Shown here: positions 57,519 to 64,000 of the stretch, one piece after another | Layout: every line of letters starts with the position of its first letter | How positions within the stretch are numbered: position 1 is the first letter of the stretch | NCBI GenBank assembly: GCA_964016885.1 | Contig: OZ024741.1 | Span: 349,680,001-349,744,000, forward strand | From: Eledone cirrhosa | Taxonomy: Eukaryota | Reading direction: 5' to 3' | Length of the DNA: 64,000 bases | The notes under the pieces: generated by a model | Databases searched by the model: none | What the model was told of the DNA's origin: nothing | What the model saw: the letters and a program-made list of their open reading frames with translations, nothing else | Translations under genes and position numbers: made by a program

Positions 57519-57708
57519 GGCGGATTGGCAGTATCGCCAGAGCGTTGGACACCATGCTTTGCAGCATAGAGTTACGGCCCTTTACGATCTGAGTTCAAAT
57601 CCTGCCGAGCTTAGCTTTGACATTCATCCTTACAGGGTCGATAAAATAAAGCACCAGTAATGCACTGGCGTAATTGCTGGCCTTGTGCCTAACGTAGAAA
57701 CAATTATT
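57519..57708 (+). mobile_element. tRNA-derived SINE preceded by (GAA)n
   Basis: GGCGGATTGGCAGTATCG...GAGTTCAAATCC...CAATTATT. Confidence 0.85.
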
Positions 57709-58059
57709 ATTATTGTTATGATTTTATTCTTGGAAGGATCGTGGAGTGCAGAGTCCTCAGACACACCTTCCAGAGAATTGTCTTCTTTCTCTTTCCTTTC
57801 TTTCCCTATCAGAAACAACCAACTCCTATTGATCTGGTTGGATCCCCCGGCAGGACTTTCTTTTTATTACTTTTGTAAATCGTATTTTTAATAGATATTT
57901 ATTATTATTCCTTGTGAAAAAAAAAATTGGAAGAGAGAGACATCTCTAAATTTGCGATGCAGGATGTGTTTTCTTTTTTGTTGTTGTTGTTTTTTTCCTC
58001 AGGAATTTCATCAGTTATTCGTTGGCCGATAAAAAAAAACTGTGTGAAAGTCGGACCTT

Positions 58060-58515
58060 CGTGAAGACCTGAAAATCCGCCTCTTCATTGCTGTAGTGAA
58101 GTTTGTGCTGCTGTACGGGTCTGAGACTTGGACACTGACCAAGAAACTCACTCAGAAGGTGGATGGGTGCTACACAAGAATGCTGAGGATGGCTCTGAAC
58201 ATTAATCAGTATACACTGAGGATGAAAAACTCAGAGCTGTATGGGAGCCTCCAAAAAGTAAGCTCAAAAGAGACACAGAGGAGACTGAGGTTAGCTGGAC
58301 ATGCTCACCGGCATCCAGAGTTGACATTGCACTCAGTGCTCCTGTGGGAGCCCCTACATGGACACACTGGAAGGGGAAGACCGAGGTTAACGTATGTTGA
58401 TGCCCTAAGGACAAACACTGGTCTGTTGGAGACGCAGAACATGGCAGCGATAATGAGAGACAGAGACCGCTGGAGAGAACTCATCTATGGATCTCGGGAA
58501 TTTTACCCGCCCTAG
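58060..58515 (+). mobile_element. RTE-clade LINE 3' fragment
   Basis: LLYGSETWTL, YTRMLR, RRLRLAGH, GRGRPRLTYVD; a second shorter copy at 62371-62560. Confidence 0.85.
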
Positions 58516-58616
58516 ATATATATATGTACGTATGGGTTTATCGAACATTTATTATAATATTCGGTTCGTTTGTAAACAAACAGCCCGAATTACGCCGTAC
58601 ATTATAATAAATATAA

Positions 58617-58699
<83 letters not shown>

Positions 58700-58761
58700 T
58701 ATATATATATATATGAAATAAATATATATGAAATATATGAAATATATGAAATATATGAAAT

Positions 58762-61700
58762 ATAAGAATCAAAGAACTGTTCAAAACATTTTTATGCTTA
58801 CAACTGTTTCCTCCAAACCGAGGTTTGGTTCTTCGGAGCAATTTATTAATGATGGACAGTTATATGACCTCCTTTTCACCCAAGAGACATACAGATACAT
58901 ATGCAAATATTGTGGGTCAACATTCATTACAGCATTTAGAGTGGCAGTACACACTTAGAGATTACATTCATATTAAAAGGTACAATCAAAATTCGAAAAT
59001 ACAGGTTAAAATACAACATGAAAATAAGCGGTTATATAGTGCAAATGTTATATGTGTGGCAAGCACGTGCGTCTTGTTTATATAGTGTGGCAGAGAGTTA
59101 CGTGTAGTAGAAGCACTTAGGTAGGTAAACAAGAGTGTTAGGTTGGTTGATCTGGTGGCAAATTCTCTATATGATTGTTATAGTCTGTGTGTGGAGAAAT
59201 GATATAAGCATTAAAAATAGTGCAAGCATTAAAAATATTAAAAGTATTGGAAATGCACAGCGAAGGGATGTTATGGACTTCATGTACTTCGACATTTTCA
59301 TAGTCAGGGGAGTGTATTTTTCAGATTATATATGCCCCTCACATAATCCACGACAATTCGATATTGAGCGTTTGACAATCCAGTTAGAGAATCGTAGTCT
59401 GATGTTCTTTAGTTCAATACAGGAGGCTGTTACGTTTCGAGAATCGACATTGAATACTACCCGGAAGTGTGTGTGTGGCTAAGGGGAGTTAATGCATGAG
59501 GGGAGGTAACTCCGGGGTTTCTATTACTAGCTATTGAAATGTGTCTCAAAATAGACCCTAATTTCTATGGTTATGCGCAACTTCTAAAAAATTCCTAAAG
59601 CATAAAGTGTTTTAACTATAGAGTAGTCTATTAAGTTGTGCTGAAGGTGTTCGTATTATTATGGTGAATTAACCCCCATCGTAGGGTGCCACAAATGAAT
59701 ATTATAGACGACGAGCGAGGATTCTAAATTAATGATCTCTGTGGTTGTAGTCTACTCATAGGACCAGGCGCGGTGATTGCAGAATCACTTCAACACACAA
59801 TGATCTCTGGTAAGTTCTGGGTCATCGCTTGCTACATTGGATGTCGAAAGATAATCATCACCAGGGCCGACCAGAGGTCAATCCGCAGTCCTCATGACCC
59901 CACCCTGACCATCAAATCATCCATATATGTACAACCCGCACGCCAGTTGCAATACATTCATTCTCTGCACTCAGCGTACTGGTCCTACTGCTCAACAGCG
60001 TTACTAGATTAAATCGTTTTTCATCTGTCCAAGGAAGGCACTTCCTCCGCACAACACTACCAAGCCAATCAATTCATGCTTAAATTACCTATAGAGCGGT
60101 GTAGTGCAGTTCAAGTGGGTGGATGTTGTCACACCTAACGTAGAGGTATAAATGGTTATTCGCCCTGCGAAGGGTTCCAGAGGGATGTCGTTGTTTGTGT
60201 TATATTAGATCAGTTAGTGTTGGGTATGTGGTATAAGGTGTGCCCCTGGTGTTTGATGTTAGAGGTGGTGTTTGGTTCAAGTCCGACATTGCTATATATT
60301 GGGCTTAAAGTTTTGGAAGGAATGTCTGAAGCGGTGCTGGCAAGTTGCAAACACTTCAGATTTTTTGTTAAGTAGGTTACGGTTAGAGAAGATAATATTG
60401 TGGGTCTCTAGTATACAGAGGTTACAAAATTTATTAGGTGGTTTGTACGAAGTCGCGCTGCCTATCACTTCCCGTTTGAGTGTGTAAGGTTTATTTTTAG
60501 TTTTTAGATAGTGTATGTAGCTAGATAGTGAGGTGGAGTTGGCTAGGCTGTGCTTTTTGAACGAGTGGATGTGCGAATTATATCTGATTTTGAAGCAGTT
60601 AGAAGTGGAGCCTACATAGGTTTCTGAAGAGTTGCTAGTTGTGACGGTGCATGAGTATATGATATCCTTGGTTAGGCATTTTTTTATCTAAAGGGCAGGT
60701 TCTATTAGCTCTACAGTTACAATTATCCTGTGTGTTAGTCTGCTGGTTATAATGCAGTGCAGAAGTCTGTGTGGTAGCTATAGGATTTTGGACATTCGGG
60801 TTGTCAACCCCGGTGTTATTTCTTATACTAGTGTTATTTCTATTGTTACTGCCGTTACTATGGTTGCTTGCTACAGAGGTATTTAGAAGGTTTGCATCTT
60901 GTTGTGATTTCATTTGTTGGAAGTAAGAATTAATTTTACTTTTATTGCTGCTAGCTATGTGGTATACTAAGTTAGGCGTCGTAGAGTATGAGATTTTAAT
61001 AGTGTTTTTGTTTAAAAGGTTGTGGTACTTGTGTCCTAGAGGGAAGTTTTTATCTAGTAGTGAGAAGAAAGCCCTAGGTATGTTGGTGGAGACATTTAGG
61101 TTGAAAGGAGGGTTGAAAAATGTATTATTTCTTCTTCTATTTTTGTTTTTAGTGTTTGGTGTGTTGTTTCTTCCTAAGGCACTACAGTAGTTTCCTTGGT
61201 AATGGTTACTTTCGGTGGCACCCTCCGCTTTGGTGTACTTGTGGTTGCTATTCCTATTATTAGGTTTCCTCATGAATATGTTGTGCGAGATGATGTTGTA
61301 GCTATGTGTTTTCTTAGGTAGGAACTCAATTTCTATATTATGGCCGGATCTAGTTAATGCTTGATTGTAATATTGTGAGTTTTTGCTAAATATGTTTGCG
61401 TCATAGGATAGATTAGAGATTCTATTGGATACCCCCTTAGAGATAGAGTTTAATATTGATCTAGGGTGATTAGACTTGGTATCTACGTAAATGAGTTTTT
61501 CGTTAGGCTTATGGAAAGGTGTATATATTTTTGAGTCTAGGTATAGTGTGGCGTCTAGGAAGTTAACATTTTTAGTGTTTTTGTCCATGGTGCTACTAAG
61601 GTTAAAGTTTTTGAATGTCTTGTGCAATTGTTTTCTAGTTCTTTCTATATTAAATTTTTTATATTCTATAAGTAGAAGTGCATCATCGCGGTACAAACCA

Positions 61701-61765
61701 CCGTTGAGGTAAGGGAGGTCCTTATGGATATCATTAAGAAGGTATAGGCCGACCAAATCAGTGAT
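58762..61765 (-). mobile_element. 5'-truncated Penelope-like element (third family)
   Basis: GLYRDD, VNFLD, SNHP, FFNPPF, KISYS in ORF 60635-61756; after a frameshift CLTKDIIYSC...TYVGSTSNCFKIRYNSH (GIY-YIG); long 3' region (extent inferred) ending with an HHR-like fold near (TA)n. Confidence 0.85.
58795..58840 (-). ncRNA. Minimal hammerhead-like fold with CCGAAGA core
   Basis: UGCU-CCGAAGA-aCCAAACC-uc-GGUUUGGag-GAAA-CAguUG-UA-AGCA. Confidence 0.65.
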
Positions 61766-62370
61766 ATATATATATATATATATATAAAATATATGGAGTA
61801 TAGGATGGCTGTGTAGTTGCTAGTTAAGTTAGGCTTAAAAATGGAATGAGAATAAGAAGAAAGCAAGAACGGGGGGGGGGGCTCCTCATCAGTTGTATAC
61901 TGGGGGTTTCGGATATTTCAAGGCTTTAAAGACAATATATCTACCCCAGAGCGTTCAATAACTGGGTAAGTTATTGGGAAAACGGAGGAAGGAGAGAAGG
62001 AAAATAGAAGGAAAAAGGGGAAAAGGGAAGAAAGGGGAAAACAGCGAAAAAAACAACAAACCGAAGAATGTGTAGCAACTGAAGGCAAGAGAATCCAAGA
62101 CCACAGCGGTAACAGAACTTAAGTTTGAGAGCGTGTGATCGAACGAAAACAGACACGACTGGCCCAAGCGAGTGTGAGTGAGAAAAAGACTGCTAGAAAG
62201 TCAGGCGAGGGAAACAATGAGGTGGCAGACAGAGAAAGGGTGGGTGAAAGTGAGAGGGAGAAAGGGAGAGGAAGAAAGAGGGAGGAAGAGTAGGGAGTAA
62301 CGAAATAGGTAGGTAAAGGAAGAGAGAAGACGGGTCACAATATATATTTTATATATTTATATATATAAAT

Positions 62371-62560
62371 TTGCACTCAGTGCCCCTGTGGGAGCCCCTG
62401 CACGGACACACAAGAAGAGGGGGACCGAGGTTGACATATGTTGATGCCCTAAGGACAGACACAGGTCTCTTGGACACACAGGACATGGCAGCGATGATGA
62501 GGGACAGAGACAGCTGGAAAGAACTCGTCTATGGATCTCGGGAATTTTACCCGCCCTAGA
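62371..62560 (+). mobile_element. RTE-clade 3' fragment
   Basis: Homologous to 58327-58515. Confidence 0.82.
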
Positions 62561-62608
62561 TATATATATAAACACATTATAAACACACACACACATATAT
62601 ATATATAT

Positions 62609-62697
<89 letters not shown>

Positions 62698-63116
62698 GTA
62701 GCAGCTTGTTATGAAGCTTTATTGCATATTACAATTGTTTCGATATCGATCAGCTCAGGTTTGATCGGACGTTCGGATCCCGACACTTAATTGACACTTC
62801 TTCAGATATGCGAGATTACATTGGCGTGGAGAGGGGAGACCGGCATGCACGGGTGACGGTTGATCTTCCCATTCAATTCCTCATCTGTCTCTCATTAGTA
62901 TTTTTCTTAATTCTTGCTTCATTAACAAACCTAAGCAACAAAGAATCTACCTAAACATCCGATCAACGTTGGTTGGATTCATTTGGGAGTCGATAGATTA
63001 GAAGTGAGTTCGGTTTATTCAACTGCACCTTTTCTACAACATAATCTTATGCCCACATTTGTTTAAGAAGTCAAAAAATATATTTTGGGATGTATTATTA
63101 TTATTTACTACTATTA

Positions 63117-63306
63117 GGGCGTGGATTGGCAGTATCGGTAGAGGGTCGGACGCCGTGCTTTGCAGCATAGAGTTACGGCCCTTTATGATCTGAGTTCAAA
63201 TCCCCCCAAGTTTAACTTTGTCTTTCATCGTTACGGGGTCGATAAAATAAAGTACCAGTAATGTACTGGGTAATTGCTGGCCTTGTGCCTAAAGTAGAAA
63301 CAATTA
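63117..63306 (+). mobile_element. tRNA-derived SINE, full length
   Basis: A and B boxes, conserved central domain, (ATT) tail. Confidence 0.88.
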
Positions 63307-63446
63307 TTTTTTTATTTATCTTTATTTATTTATTTATTTATTTATTTATTTGTCTTAGACTAACACTAAATATAATTAAACCAGTTTAACCAGTTCCGAA
63401 ATTGCATTATTACTTTTATTAGTATTTAAATTATTATTATATTTTT

Positions 63447-63660
63447 GGATTGGCAATATCGGTAGAGGGTCGGACACTATGCTTTGACGCATAGAGTTAC
63501 GCCCCTTGCCATTCTGAGTTCAAATCGCGCCGAGGTTAACTTTGCCTTTCATCCTTACGGGGTCGATAAAATAAAGTACCAGTCACGAACTGGGGTCGAT
63601 TCAATCGACTTTCCCCTCCGCCAAAATTGCTGGCCTTGTGCCTATATAAGAAACAATTAT
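63447..63660 (+). mobile_element. tRNA-derived SINE, long variant
   Basis: Same head and body with an extra GGGGTCGATTCAATCGACTTTCCCC segment. Confidence 0.85.
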
Positions 63661-64000
63661 TATTATTATTATTGTTATTGTTGTTGTAGTTTCTGATGTT
63701 GATGGTTATTGTTTTTGTTGTTGTTTTTGATGTGACTATAATCGTTGTTAGTTTTGTTGTTCTTGTTGTTTTTGTTATTATCGGTTAAATTACTTTTGTT
63801 GGCATTGTTCATTAATGATCGGCATTTGAAAAGTCGACCGAGTCAATATTCGTTTGTATTATTTATTTATTTATGTATAATAAAGAAAGCATTATTTATT
63901 TATTTATTCACCCATTCATTGATTCTTTTGAGAAAGTTTAAGTTGTTCAGGTTTAAGTAAGTCTTCCGAAAGTTTCGTTGTCGTATCTACATACATGTGT

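Noticed and set aside
59760-60070. Possible Gypsy RNase H remnant (QGRHF, RQLQYI)
   Set aside because: Only short, out-of-order motifs; not enough to call.
61880-61950. CUGAUGA and GAAA boxes on the minus strand
   Set aside because: The boxes are in GAAA-first order with only 5 nt available for stem I; no complete hammerhead can be drawn, so at most a rearranged remnant.
63117-63210. tRNA gene calls for SINE heads
   Set aside because: Pol III boxes are present but there is no cloverleaf, and the heads are always fused to the SINE body.

Overview
Eukaryotic, AT- and microsatellite-rich DNA made almost entirely of transposable elements; the SINE content and repeat style suggest a cephalopod such as Octopus (inference). 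No intact multi-exon host gene is visible: only a candidate signal-peptide exon (15049-15153, minus), an RPL31 processed-pseudogene fragment and a tRNA-Asp-derived copy. Autonomous-type elements: two L1/Tx1-like LINEs, three Penelope-like elements (PLEs, RT + GIY-YIG), R4/Dong-like RLE retrotransposons, RTE and CR1/Jockey-group fragments, mariners, MITEs and many tRNA-derived SINEs. The main unexplained structure is a set of short non-coding inserts in (TA)n tracts. They carry type-I hammerhead ribozyme (HHR) folds from about ten families, some with variant cores (U3/A8, C4), arranged as partial tandems of ~318, ~518 and ~547 nt and as fold-back palindromes that often pivot at HHR stem II. This looks like a PLE-dependent, retrozyme-like system. 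Each retroelement class also sits in its own microsatellite type. All folds and alignments were read by eye and need computational confirmation.
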